64,000 bases of DNA from an uncultured virus (IMG/VR IMGVR_UViG_3300037560_000199). Lineage: Duplodnaviria; Heunggongvirae; Uroviricota; Caudoviricetes. Position 1 is the first letter of the stretch; each line of letters starts with the position of its first letter. The notes beneath the pieces were generated by a model, which was not told the DNA's origin, did not search any database, and saw nothing but the letters and a program-made list of their open reading frames with translations. Positions 25,590 to 34,885 of this stretch are shown here, one piece after another. A program made the position numbers and the translations under genes. The stretch lies in IMG/VR virus record IMGVR_UViG_3300037560_000199; one strand, 5' to 3'.

Positions 25590-25785
25590 CTGGATAGTCA
25601 CGTTCGAGTTTAATCGACTCCCCCAGCGCAGACAGACACCGCTAGAGTCACAGTGGGCATTCGAGGAGATCAAGGATGGTTTCTGGCTCAACGCTGACCA
25701 CCAGATCTGCCGTCAGGGTCAAGGTCACTACTGGGTCCCACCTTCACGTATTATGCTGATCGAGCCCCTGGAGAAACAGATGTGA
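25573..25785 (+). CDS. Hypothetical protein
   Basis: Overlap coupling. Confidence 0.55.
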   Translation: MASLGDWIVTFEFNRLPQRRQTPLESQWAFEEIKDGFWLNADHQICRQGQGHYWVPPSRIMLIEPLEKQM

Positions 25786-25997
25786 GCCCATGGACCCACT
25801 CGATCTGCGAGCGCTGCTGGCGATTTCGCGAAGATGGACTTCCCGTTCCGGCGACCATGCGCAATGAGCACAGGTCTCTGGAGAATTGTTGCTTCTGTGA
25901 TCAGAAGCACGAATCTGGTATCTATACCCGGCACGATCCCAAAGACCCAGCTCTCAAATGCGGAGGAGAGCACGATGACGAAGCAAACGCGGGGTAA
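25782..25997 (+). CDS. Cys-rich small protein
   Basis: CERCW...CCFC...SGIY; GTGA coupling. Confidence 0.6.
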   Translation: MSPWTHSICERCWRFREDGLPVPATMRNEHRSLENCCFCDQKHESGIYTRHDPKDPALKCGGEHDDEANAG

Positions 25998-26208
25998 GAA
26001 CGGAAGGTTTGGACCGGTGATAGAGTCACCAGCTGCCGAGAACGATCCGATGCCAACAGAGCGTCTAACGCGAATGGAGTGGAACCCTTGCGGTCACGAC
26101 TTCGCAGTGATGACCCTTACCTCCAGCTACCCAATGCCCAGTCGATGGCACCGATTCTGGTCGCGAGCGCTCATGGGCGTGCACTGGAAATACGTTGACG
26201 ATGCCTGA
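25975..26208 (+). CDS. Hypothetical protein
   Basis: GGAGGAG RBS. Confidence 0.55.
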   Translation: MTKQTRGKNGRFGPVIESPAAENDPMPTERLTRMEWNPCGHDFAVMTLTSSYPMPSRWHRFWSRALMGVHWKYVDDA

Positions 26209-26383
26209 AGACGACTTTCTGAAAACGGCTCCGCAGCCTCCCATAGTGGCGCAGTTCAACGCGGAGAGCGGCGACTGGGAGATTCTGGTCCAAGATCAGT
26301 GGGTCAGTATCTCCCATCTCATCGACTCCCTGATCGAGATGCGCACCATCTTGGAAGCGGAAGTGAAAGGCACATTGCCGTGA
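26201..26383 (+). CDS. Hypothetical protein
   Basis: Overlap coupling. Confidence 0.5.
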   Translation: MPEDDFLKTAPQPPIVAQFNAESGDWEILVQDQWVSISHLIDSLIEMRTILEAEVKGTLP

Positions 26384-26703
26384 GGGATCTCTACTACATG
26401 TATCCGAAGGCTCATCACTCAATGTTTTTACGAACCAAGCAGAGTATCGAAGGGGACTGCATCACCTACGAGCTGAGAGTAGCGCGTGCACTCATGGAGG
26501 ACATGCGCGACATCACGAAGTTCGAGGGATGGTTCAATGTTCGGGGGATGTACTTTCGAGAGCCTTTCGACGCTATCGTTGACTGGGTTGAGCTTCAGCC
26601 TGAGGGGCTCGCCATGCAGCTTCTGAGGCTGGCGTACATTGCAGCTCGACACGAGGAGGGACCATACGGTGAACCGGAGGAGCTTTCTAAAGACACTGAT
26701 TAG
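26380..26703 (+). CDS. Hypothetical protein
   Basis: GTGA coupling. Confidence 0.55.
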   Translation: MRDLYYMYPKAHHSMFLRTKQSIEGDCITYELRVARALMEDMRDITKFEGWFNVRGMYFREPFDAIVDWVELQPEGLAMQLLRLAYIAARHEEGPYGEPEELSKDTD

Positions 26704-26878
26704 TGCAGCGGGTGCAGTTGCTGCTGCTCCCTACGTGCCAGCGATCATTCGCGAGCCAGTGCGTCAATGGGGTGAGCGACAGCAGGCAATGATCGATGCA
26801 CTCGCTGCCAGCATGCTCCAGACCAAAGAGGTGATGACTGCCAACGTGCTGAACCGTGCCTTCGGAGATCCCGATTGA
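26669..26878 (+). CDS. 69-aa twin-arginine-signal protein with capsid-like C-terminal segment
   Basis: GAGGAGG RBS; MNRRSFLK plus hydrophobic stretch; C-terminal LAASMLQTKEVMTANVLNRAF. Confidence 0.75.
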   Translation: MNRRSFLKTLISAAGAVAAAPYVPAIIREPVRQWGERQQAMIDALAASMLQTKEVMTANVLNRAFGDPD

Positions 26879-27048
26879 CCCACTACCTCTGGATCGCAGC
26901 TCACTTTACTCGTTGGTATTTGTGGGGTGCTCTGATTTGGATTTTCGCCTATCCAGAGACTGGATTTTGGACTGCCCTCACCCTGACCCTCATCGTAGCC
27001 GGAATCGAGATTAAATACCTAAATCCCCGCCACTGGACCGTTAATTGA
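26875..27048 (+). CDS. 57-aa membrane protein
   Basis: TTGA overlap; two hydrophobic segments; not in ORF track. Confidence 0.45.
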   Translation: MTHYLWIAAHFTRWYLWGALIWIFAYPETGFWTALTLTLIVAGIEIKYLNPRHWTVN

Positions 27049-27172
27049 CCTAACAGCGGAACTAAGGGGAACTACCGTTCGTCGGATCGAGAACATGCGG
27101 GCTCCAGCCGGTTTCGCCCTTCTAAGTCATTGATGCTTTCGCCCCTCAGCCAGTTCGTTAGACTCCATAGTG

Positions 27173-27192
27173 TATAATGGTAGCGCTACCGT
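27173..27192 (+). promoter_or_regulatory. TATAAT overlapped by operator palindrome
   Basis: TATAAT 27173-27178; ATGGTAGCGCTACCGT 27177-27192. Confidence 0.65.
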
Positions 27193-27231
27193 GGAATGAC
27201 GGTGGTCGCTCTTTAACAGATGGAGAATCAT

Positions 27232-28014
27232 ATGAAAGTGGAATCGAACACGTCGGATATTCCGACAGCGTTTCTGAGGACAGTCTTCGCCAAGGTGCAC
27301 AACCACCTCAAGAAGTCGGAAGGTCACCTCCGTAGCTGGAAGTACTTGAAGGTCACCGTGAGACAGTCCCCAACTAAGAGAGGTTGTTCGGGCTATGCCT
27401 ACTACAACACTGGACCGATCACGTTGACACTTGCTCGTCGTGAGGTTGTCTTTGACGACAAGGTGTATCCGATCCTGACGACTCGAAAGATCGCGTGGAT
27501 CTTCTATCACGAGGTGATGCATGTGTACGGTTACCGGCACAAGCAGTACAGCGACATTCCTAAGGAGGAACTCGATGCTCTCTGTGCTGATTGGCCCGAG
27601 CATCCACCACGGATCGAGAAGAAGTCGAAGCCGAGAGTGGATCATGTAGCGAAGCGAGCTGCGAGTATCGATGCTCGAATCGAGCAATGGGGGACGAAGC
27701 TCAAGCGAGCTGAGAATGCCCTCAAGAAACTCAAGACGCAGAAGAGCTACTACGACAAGAAGCTCTCGGAACCTCGCCCTGAGCCGAAGCCTCGCAAGGC
27801 CGCGAAGCGACGTGGCACGATCTGGGAGGTGGCGAAGGAACACGGATGTCTTGTGGATCAGGAGTTCGGGGTTTACATGGTGTATCCACCCGATGCTCTC
27901 AATGACTCAGAGGACGATCCCTTCGGGGATGACCACTCCTGTGACAGTGCCAAGGAAGCACGCAGGCGCGTGATGGTCTATGCTAGTCTGGCAGAGCCCT
28001 CCCCCGGAGGGTGA
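27232..28014 (+). CDS. Zinc metallopeptidase-like protein (HExxHxxGxxH) with coiled coil
   Basis: HEVMHVYGYRH; GGAG RBS. Confidence 0.7.
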   Translation: MKVESNTSDIPTAFLRTVFAKVHNHLKKSEGHLRSWKYLKVTVRQSPTKRGCSGYAYYNTGPITLTLARREVVFDDKVYPILTTRKIAWIFYHEVMHVYGYRHKQYSDIPKEELDALCADWPEHPPRIEKKSKPRVDHVAKRAASIDARIEQWGTKLKRAENALKKLKTQKSYYDKKLSEPRPEPKPRKAAKRRGTIWEVAKEHGCLVDQEFGVYMVYPPDALNDSEDDPFGDDHSCDSAKEARRRVMVYASLAEPSPGG

Positions 28015-28031
28015 GACACGAAGACGGATCT

Positions 28032-28059
28032 TGGGGCTCCTTGTGAGCCCCATTTTTTT
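28032..28059 (+). terminator. Rho-independent terminator
   Basis: TGGGGCTC-cttgt-GAGCCCCA followed by T7. Confidence 0.85.
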
Positions 28060-28095
28060 GCGCCTATACTGCCGCCCCGTCGAATAGGACCTTCG

Positions 28096-29691
28096 ATGGC
28101 ACAGATCGTCAGCCTCAATTTTGGACTCGTACACCATCCCCCGGAATTCGATTACGATTTCGACTGGGGCGATCTCGATGAGGATATCAAAGCCCAGCTC
28201 CCCGCTGACACGGGTGAAGTCATCCAGATGTTCAGCGAGGAAGAGCTGCATCTCATTCGCTGGCGCATCTGCTGGAAGCGCATGGCGCGGCAGAAGCAGA
28301 TCCCCCCGGAAGTCTTCGAGTCGATGGAGAAGTCGATCTGGCTCATCCGTTCTGGTCGGGGATTCGGCAAGACGTTGACGGGAGCCAACTGGTTGGGCAT
28401 CGAGGCATCCCTTTACGCTTCGTACTACGCAGTCATCTCACCGACACACGACGACGTGCGCTACACCTGCTTTGAAGGTCCAACGGGACTGCTCGCATGT
28501 ATCCCCCCGAAGCTGATCGCAGACCGTAACCAAGCACTTCCCTCCATTACCTTGTGGAACGGCTCGATCATTCGTGGCTTCGCGGGGGATACTCCCGAGC
28601 GCTTGCGGGGACCCCAGCATGCCAAGATCTGGTGCGACGAGATCGCATCGTGGAAGTACCCGCAGGAGGCATGGGACAACCTGAGCTTTGGCCTGCGTCT
28701 GGGCAACAAGCCTCAGATCTGTGTGACAGGGACACCGAAGCCCACTCCCTTCGTGCGTCGGTTGGTGAGTGATAAACGTACAGTCGATGTGGTGGGCAGC
28801 ACCTACGAGAACCGGGCGAATTTGACGGAGTACTTCTTCGACAGCATCGCCAAGTACGAGGGCACGCGAGTCGGTCGCCAGGAGATTCGAGGCGAGCTGC
28901 TGGACCCGGAAGAGGAAGGCTTCGTCAAGCGCAGTCAGTGGAGGCTCTGGCCTCACAAGAAGTCACTCCCGAAGTTCAGCTTCATCGTGCTGTCCATCGA
29001 CCCCGCGTTCACCGAGAAGAACTTCGACAAGCGCAAGCAGGAGAATGATCCGACAGCCTGCAGTGCGTGGGGTGTGTTCATGATCCCGCGTCAGGACAAG
29101 GCACCGCTCCCGCATGTCATGCTGCTCGATGCGTGGGAAGATTGGCTTGGCTTCCCGGCTCTCGTGCGCCGGATCAAGAAGGAGAAAATGTACACCTATG
29201 GTGATGTTGACGAGCCCTACCTGAGGCCAAAGATCATCCCGAAGAGTCAGCGAGCCAAGCACCAGGGGAGAGTGCCTGACATCATTTTGATCGAGGAGAA
29301 GGCATCTGGAATCAGCCTGAGACAGCAGCTTGCGGAAGAGAATATCTTGACGCACGGCTACAATCCGGGTAATGAAGATAAGCTAACGCGACTACATTAC
29401 GTGTCGCCTATGTTTGCTGCCGGTCGAGTCTGGGCTGTTGAATCGGAAATCAACCCTGGCGCGTTCAATACGCACCACGATCCCCTCATCTCCCAAGTCT
29501 GCTCCTACGTGGGTCCCGGCTCTACTGAGCGGGACGATTTACTCGACACTGCCACTCAGGGACTGCGACTCCTTATGGATCAGTTCTTTGGCCCGTTCAC
29601 CGTCGTGGACAACGTCGAGGCACGCGAGAGAGCCAAAGCGAAGCAGATTGCGGAGCGTCGGTTGAAGAAGCGGAACAACCCTTATGACTGA
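28096..29691 (+). CDS. terL: Terminase large subunit
   Basis: GRGFGKT, RLRGPQ, WCDE, TGTPK, SIDPA nuclease motif, IEEKASG, DDLLD. Confidence 0.95.
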   Translation: MAQIVSLNFGLVHHPPEFDYDFDWGDLDEDIKAQLPADTGEVIQMFSEEELHLIRWRICWKRMARQKQIPPEVFESMEKSIWLIRSGRGFGKTLTGANWLGIEASLYASYYAVISPTHDDVRYTCFEGPTGLLACIPPKLIADRNQALPSITLWNGSIIRGFAGDTPERLRGPQHAKIWCDEIASWKYPQEAWDNLSFGLRLGNKPQICVTGTPKPTPFVRRLVSDKRTVDVVGSTYENRANLTEYFFDSIAKYEGTRVGRQEIRGELLDPEEEGFVKRSQWRLWPHKKSLPKFSFIVLSIDPAFTEKNFDKRKQENDPTACSAWGVFMIPRQDKAPLPHVMLLDAWEDWLGFPALVRRIKKEKMYTYGDVDEPYLRPKIIPKSQRAKHQGRVPDIILIEEKASGISLRQQLAEENILTHGYNPGNEDKLTRLHYVSPMFAAGRVWAVESEINPGAFNTHHDPLISQVCSYVGPGSTERDDLLDTATQGLRLLMDQFFGPFTVVDNVEARERAKAKQIAERRLKKRNNPYD

Positions 29692-30037
29692 CGTGCCCAT
29701 CAAGCTCGACGTCCCCTACTTCCTGCATGAGCCACAGCGCCACCTGCGTTCTGTCAAGTGGTGCCAGGATCACTGGGCGCACCTGATGTTCGCCCTCAAG
29801 GAGAGGGGTCTGGGGGATCAGATCTCACCCGATGCCCAGACCCTGAATGCTAAGTTCCTTCGGGGGGAGAAGGACCCCTGCTGGGAAGCCTGCAATATGA
29901 TCAACATCGGCGCACTGGAGATCTTCGGGGTCAACAAGGTGGTCGATGAGAACAATGGCTGTCCCGTCTGCGCCTTCGCCAACATCACCCAGCACGTAGC
30001 TGACCTCATGGCAATGAGATTCATGGAGCCTCACTGA
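29684..30037 (+). CDS. Hypothetical protein
   Basis: Overlap with terL; WC..HW...CPVC. Confidence 0.65.
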   Translation: MTDVPIKLDVPYFLHEPQRHLRSVKWCQDHWAHLMFALKERGLGDQISPDAQTLNAKFLRGEKDPCWEACNMINIGALEIFGVNKVVDENNGCPVCAFANITQHVADLMAMRFMEPH

Positions 30038-30249
30038 TGGTAAACAATGCAATCAACAAAATGGTCTTCCCTGACCAAGTCGAGCTTGATCTTCTCTGTG
30101 AGAAGTATGGTCAGTGGAACGTCGAGCAGACGATGATCTACATCACGCAAGCCTGCGACAATCGAGAGCGCAGCGTGGCGATCCCCGCAACGGCAGAGCG
30201 GGTCGAGAAGATCCTCGATGCTGTCCATGGAGAATTCTTGAATGGCTGA
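30037..30249 (+). CDS. Hypothetical protein
   Basis: TGATG coupling. Confidence 0.5.
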   Translation: MVNNAINKMVFPDQVELDLLCEKYGQWNVEQTMIYITQACDNRERSVAIPATAERVEKILDAVHGEFLNG

Positions 30250-32833
30250 GGCTACCGGCACAGTCGAAGAGTTCGAGGAGGTTCCTGATGAGGTGACCGA
30301 TACCGACGATGGGGGTGCCATTGTCCGGGTAGGAGATGACGTCCCCACTCGTCCGAATCGCGAGTGGTACGAGAACATCGCGGAGGATATCGACCAAGCT
30401 GAACTGAGCAGCATTTGTACACGTCTGCTGCAGGACATCGAACGTGACAGGGAGTCGAGAACACAGCGGGACAAGGACTACGAGGAAGCCATCAAGCGCA
30501 CGGGCTTGGGGAAAGAGACTCCGGGTGGAGCAGATTTTGAGGGAGCGTCGAAGGCAGTACACCCGATGCTCACGGAAGCAGTTGTTGATTTTGCGTCCCG
30601 AGCCATCAAGGAGCTGATGCCACCTAACGGTCCCGTTAAGGTGTACGTGCCTGGGGAGAATCCAGAGCACGGACGCTTCGCCAAAGGCGAGCGGGTCAAG
30701 ACGTACATGAATTGGCAGTTCCTGATCCAGATGCCTGATTTTCGATCAGAGCTGGAGCAGCTGCTGACACAGCTTCCACTGGGTGGGTCCCAGTACATGA
30801 AGCTCGTGTACGACGGTCAGAAGAAGCGCCCCGTTCCTACCTATTGGCCCAGCGACGACGTCTACCTTCCCTACGCAGCATCCAATTTCTACACCGCAGA
30901 GCGAGTGACCTTCGTTGAGCACATCACGGAGCACGAGGTTAAGCAGCGTGTGAAGGGTGAGATGTGGCTCGATCTGGGTTCAGTCGCCACGGCACAACCT
31001 ACCAACAAGTCCAAAGCGGAGAAGGCGACAGACGCAGTCGAAGGCAAAGACGAGCTGCAGCCATACAACGAGGATGGGTTGCGCAACGTCTACGAGGTGA
31101 TGTGCTACTGCGACCTGGAGAAGTATGACTACGCGCCTTACAGGATCACCATCGATGGCGCAGCTCGCAAGATAGCTGCCGTCAACCGAAACTGGGAGGA
31201 GGACGACGAGACCCAGCAGCCTCTCTACTGGGCTGTCGAGTTCCCCTTCGTTCCGTGGCGCGGAGCGTACAGCGTTGGGTTAGGCCAAATGATTGGTTCC
31301 CTAGCCGGTGCTGCAACCGGTGCGCTTCGCGCCCTTCTCGATTCCGCGCACATGAACAACCTGCCCACCCTGCTCAGGCTCAAGGGGGCAAACTTCAGTG
31401 GTCAGTCGAAGGAACTGAACATCGCTGAGGTCACCGAGATCGAGGGCGGGATTGCTGGTGATGACATTCGCAAGCTGATCATGCCTGTGCCCTTCAACCC
31501 CCCCTCAAACGTCCTGTTAGAGCTGCTGGGGGTCCTCACCGAAGCTGGTCGAGGGATGGTGCAGACCACCTTCGAGAAGTTGGGTGAGCAAAGCACGCAG
31601 ATGCCTGTAGGCACCACCCTCGCTCTGATCGAAGAAGGCATGACTGTCTTCAGCGCAATTCACCTGCGCATGTTCCAGGCAATGAACTACATGCTGCGGA
31701 TCTTGAATCGGATCAACCGCATGTACTTGGTGGAGGAGGAAGCGAAGAGCGACATTGGTGAGGTGCTCGCATATCGCAAGGATTTTGATCCACCGTTCGA
31801 CATCATGCCTGTCGCTGACCCGGAAATTTTCTCCGACGTTCAGCGCATGGCACAGCTGCAAGTCATCGCAGACCGCGCTGCACAGATGCCTGAGGTCTAC
31901 AACGTCAAGGCTGTCGAGAAGCGCATCCTCGAACGCACGAAGATCCCGAACCCTGACGAGCTGCTCCTACCCGATGACACACCGGAGGATCAAAATGCCG
32001 TTAACGAAAACGCCTCCATGTCTCTCGGAAGACCAGTTGCAGCTTTTCCTCAACAAAATCACCTTGCCCACATGCAGGTGCATCTCGATTATCTCCAGTC
32101 CCCCGTACTCGGACAAAATATGCTTATCTCCCAGACCTTCATGCCGATGGTCTTGGAGCACCTTAAAGAGCACATTGCGTTCTATTATGTCGAGTACAAC
32201 TACGATCTTCTGCAGGCATCCACTGGATTCAGTGAGCAGCAGATGAGCGAGATGATGAAGATGAACACCCCTGATGTGCGCAAAGAGCTGGACAAGAATT
32301 TGGCCGTGCAATCGCAGGTTGTTATGCCTGCGGTGAGTAAAGTGCTGTCTGGCTTGCTGCCAATCATTGAGCAGACAGCACAGCAGATTCAGGAAATGCA
32401 GCCCGAGCCCGAGCAACCTCCCATGGACCCGAATACGCAGATGGCTATCGAGCAAGAGCAGAAGTCGGATGAGATGCGTGATGCACGGGAGCGTGAGACA
32501 ACACAGTTGCAGCTTGTGGATAAGCAGGAGGCGCGGGCGGATCAGAAAGAAATCAAGTTCATGGAGCTTGATCACGAAACTCGTGAGAGCACTCTCCGTG
32601 GTGCGCGTGAAGATGCTCGAAAAGCTATGGAGTACGCCGCTCGACTCGAAGAGCTTATGGAGCGACTCGACGCTGAGCGAGAGGAGACTCTTGTCGAGAC
32701 TGAGAGCCGTGAGGACATGAACGCTGAAGATAACGAAACAGCGTTAGAAATCGCGGACAAGAATGCGGAAGCAGCAAAACAGAGAGGTAGGATCACGACC
32801 GGAGAGGGTGTAACCAACCCCCGGACTCGATAG
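30242..32833 (+). CDS. Portal protein with long C-terminal coiled coil
   Basis: Position after terL; HPMLTEA, YMNWQ, PVGTTLALIE, PVADP motifs typical of podovirus-like portals. Confidence 0.9.
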   Translation: MAEATGTVEEFEEVPDEVTDTDDGGAIVRVGDDVPTRPNREWYENIAEDIDQAELSSICTRLLQDIERDRESRTQRDKDYEEAIKRTGLGKETPGGADFEGASKAVHPMLTEAVVDFASRAIKELMPPNGPVKVYVPGENPEHGRFAKGERVKTYMNWQFLIQMPDFRSELEQLLTQLPLGGSQYMKLVYDGQKKRPVPTYWPSDDVYLPYAASNFYTAERVTFVEHITEHEVKQRVKGEMWLDLGSVATAQPTNKSKAEKATDAVEGKDELQPYNEDGLRNVYEVMCYCDLEKYDYAPYRITIDGAARKIAAVNRNWEEDDETQQPLYWAVEFPFVPWRGAYSVGLGQMIGSLAGAATGALRALLDSAHMNNLPTLLRLKGANFSGQSKELNIAEVTEIEGGIAGDDIRKLIMPVPFNPPSNVLLELLGVLTEAGRGMVQTTFEKLGEQSTQMPVGTTLALIEEGMTVFSAIHLRMFQAMNYMLRILNRINRMYLVEEEAKSDIGEVLAYRKDFDPPFDIMPVADPEIFSDVQRMAQLQVIADRAAQMPEVYNVKAVEKRILERTKIPNPDELLLPDDTPEDQNAVNENASMSLGRPVAAFPQQNHLAHMQVHLDYLQSPVLGQNMLISQTFMPMVLEHLKEHIAFYYVEYNYDLLQASTGFSEQQMSEMMKMNTPDVRKELDKNLAVQSQVVMPAVSKVLSGLLPIIEQTAQQIQEMQPEPEQPPMDPNTQMAIEQEQKSDEMRDARERETTQLQLVDKQEARADQKEIKFMELDHETRESTLRGAREDARKAMEYAARLEELMERLDAEREETLVETESREDMNAEDNETALEIADKNAEAAKQRGRITTGEGVTNPRTR

Positions 32834-32916
32834 CGCGGGGACCGGCAGGTCGGCCCGCAGAAAGCGATGCTACACTCGTGAGCTGCGACAAGCTCCATTC
32901 CTAACAGGAGACAGAC

Positions 32917-33141
32917 ATGGGCAAGAACATCGGGTACTACCCGAAAGGTGCAATCAACCAGCACAAGATGATGGCGACGGGTGCAGGCTTGCGTAAAGCC
33001 AACACGTCCGACGAGGAGACGGTGCCATCACCTTGGGGCAAAGGCACGACCCACCCTGGCAAGATTCGTCAGAGTGGCACGAGTACGGGGAGTGGTTCGG
33101 GCAAGAGTGTGCCCAAAACATCGAAGATGACACCTCCGTAG
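32917..33141 (+). CDS. Small basic hypothetical protein
   Basis: AGGAG RBS; extended -10 TGc-TACACT at 32868-32876 upstream. Confidence 0.6.
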   Translation: MGKNIGYYPKGAINQHKMMATGAGLRKANTSDEETVPSPWGKGTTHPGKIRQSGTSTGSGSGKSVPKTSKMTPP

Positions 33142-33153
33142 CGTGGGCATAGA

Positions 33154-33363
33154 ATGCCCGCCGACGTAGACATCGTGTTGAAGAAGTTCCTGACGGCAGT
33201 GAAGCAGGAACAAGCCGGATGCCTCGCGTTGCTCGCGACACCGAAAGATAAGAGTGCTTTCGGATACGGTGAAGCATGCGGCATTTTGCAAGGCTTGAAT
33301 CGCGCCGAGCGGCTGTTCGAGAGATTGATTGGGGAAGAGGAAGACGAGACCGAAGATGGCTGA
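33154..33363 (+). CDS. Hypothetical protein
   Basis: Y...CG..QGL pattern; common position before phage GroES. Confidence 0.65.
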   Translation: MPADVDIVLKKFLTAVKQEQAGCLALLATPKDKSAFGYGEACGILQGLNRAERLFERLIGEEEDETEDG

Positions 33364-33856
33364 GGAAAATCCAATTGTTCTACCTGAGAATTACTCCTTA
33401 GAGGAGAGAGGCAGGACTATCGGTGGTCGGACGAAGTTGCAATACGACAGCATCGAGCAGGCGTTTCCCGAAGTGGAACCCGGCTTGAGACCTTTTGGGT
33501 CACGTGTTCTCGTGCAAAAACGTACGCCCAGAACAGTCACTGAGGGTGGGATCATTGTTCCAATTGAATCCCAGGAGACTGAGTTCTGGAACACTCAAGT
33601 CGCTAAAGTCATTACTCTTGGACCCGGTGCTTTCAAGAACCGCGATACCCTGGCTGAGTGGCCGGAAGGAGACTGGTGCCAGGAGGGTGCGATTGTGCGC
33701 GTGCCAAAATACGGTGGCGACAGGTGGTTCGTAACTCTCCCTGGTGCTACGTCTATGCGAATGGGCGTAGACCAAGCGTGCTTCGTTATCTACAACGATC
33801 TGGACATGATAGGCCAGATTACTTGTGACCCGATGGAGGTAATCGCATACCTGTAA
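33356..33856 (+). CDS. groES: GroES/Cpn10-like co-chaperonin
   Basis: PFGSRVLV...TEGGIIVP...V..LGPG...KYGG...NDLDMIG. Confidence 0.85.
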   Translation: MAEENPIVLPENYSLEERGRTIGGRTKLQYDSIEQAFPEVEPGLRPFGSRVLVQKRTPRTVTEGGIIVPIESQETEFWNTQVAKVITLGPGAFKNRDTLAEWPEGDWCQEGAIVRVPKYGGDRWFVTLPGATSMRMGVDQACFVIYNDLDMIGQITCDPMEVIAYL

Positions 33857-33866
33857 GGAGGTGAGC

Positions 33867-34883
33867 ATGTCCGACGTCGAAAGCTTTCAGGACGTTGACG
33901 AGGACGCAATAGAAGAGGAAAAGGAAGAGCAGTTCACTGCCATCGAGGATGAACCCGAAGGCGAGGAAACTGACGACCAAGAGGAAGAAGGGAAGGAAGA
34001 GACCCGCTTGGGAGAGGGTCGTGACGACGAAGAGGAAGGCAAGAAGTCTCGTCGTGAAGATGGTCGCACCCGTCGTCAACGCCAGCGCAAAGCCAAAGAG
34101 CGCACGGATCGCGAGGTGGGCTTCCTGCGCACTCGCAATGAGCAATTGGAACGTCGCTTCAGTGAACTCGAAGCGAATGTCGATGCTCGCGTCACAGGCA
34201 CTGAGATTTCTGGCATCGATCAGAACATCAGCAAATCGAAATCCGACCTGCAGCTTGCCAATCAAGTCATTGCGCAAGCCGTCGAGAAAAACGATGGTAA
34301 GAACCTCGCTGAAGCGATGGACCATCGTGACAACATCCGAGACAACCTACGGGATCTAGAGCAAGCCAAGGAGTATCTCACCGACGAGGACAACCGTCGT
34401 ACTAGTGCTCCAGAGATGCGGCTCGATCCGCGTCACGTCGCCCACGCACAATCATTCATGGTTGATAACGACTGGTGGGACCCACTAGGACGTGACAATG
34501 ATTCACGAACAGTGCTAGACATCGACGGGGCACTGGTTCAAGAGGGGTATGACCCCACAAGCAAAGATTACTGGGACGAGCTGAGAGAGCGCGTCGAGAA
34601 AGAATTGCCTCTACATTTCGACGCTGGAAATGAGGGGGATGATGACGACGATGACGCAGACTCCGGTAACGGAAAGGGGAAGCGTCAGACTCGTCGGAAC
34701 AAGGGACCTACGTTTCGTACAGGTGGGCGTGAACGCTCCCTGAAGGATAACGAGGTGTACATCAGCCCCGAGCGCAAGGACGCAATGGTCGAGGCTGGTA
34801 TTTGGGATGATCCGGTTGCCCGGAACAAGATGCTCAAGCGTTACGCTGAGTATGACCGTGATGCAGCACAAGGGAGCAACTAA
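33867..34883 (+). CDS. Capsid scaffolding protein (putative)
   Basis: Acidic N-terminus, coiled coil, position between portal and capsid. Confidence 0.7.
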   Translation: MSDVESFQDVDEDAIEEEKEEQFTAIEDEPEGEETDDQEEEGKEETRLGEGRDDEEEGKKSRREDGRTRRQRQRKAKERTDREVGFLRTRNEQLERRFSELEANVDARVTGTEISGIDQNISKSKSDLQLANQVIAQAVEKNDGKNLAEAMDHRDNIRDNLRDLEQAKEYLTDEDNRRTSAPEMRLDPRHVAHAQSFMVDNDWWDPLGRDNDSRTVLDIDGALVQEGYDPTSKDYWDELRERVEKELPLHFDAGNEGDDDDDDADSGNGKGKRQTRRNKGPTFRTGGRERSLKDNEVYISPERKDAMVEAGIWDDPVARNKMLKRYAEYDRDAAQGSN

Positions 34884-34885
34884 TC

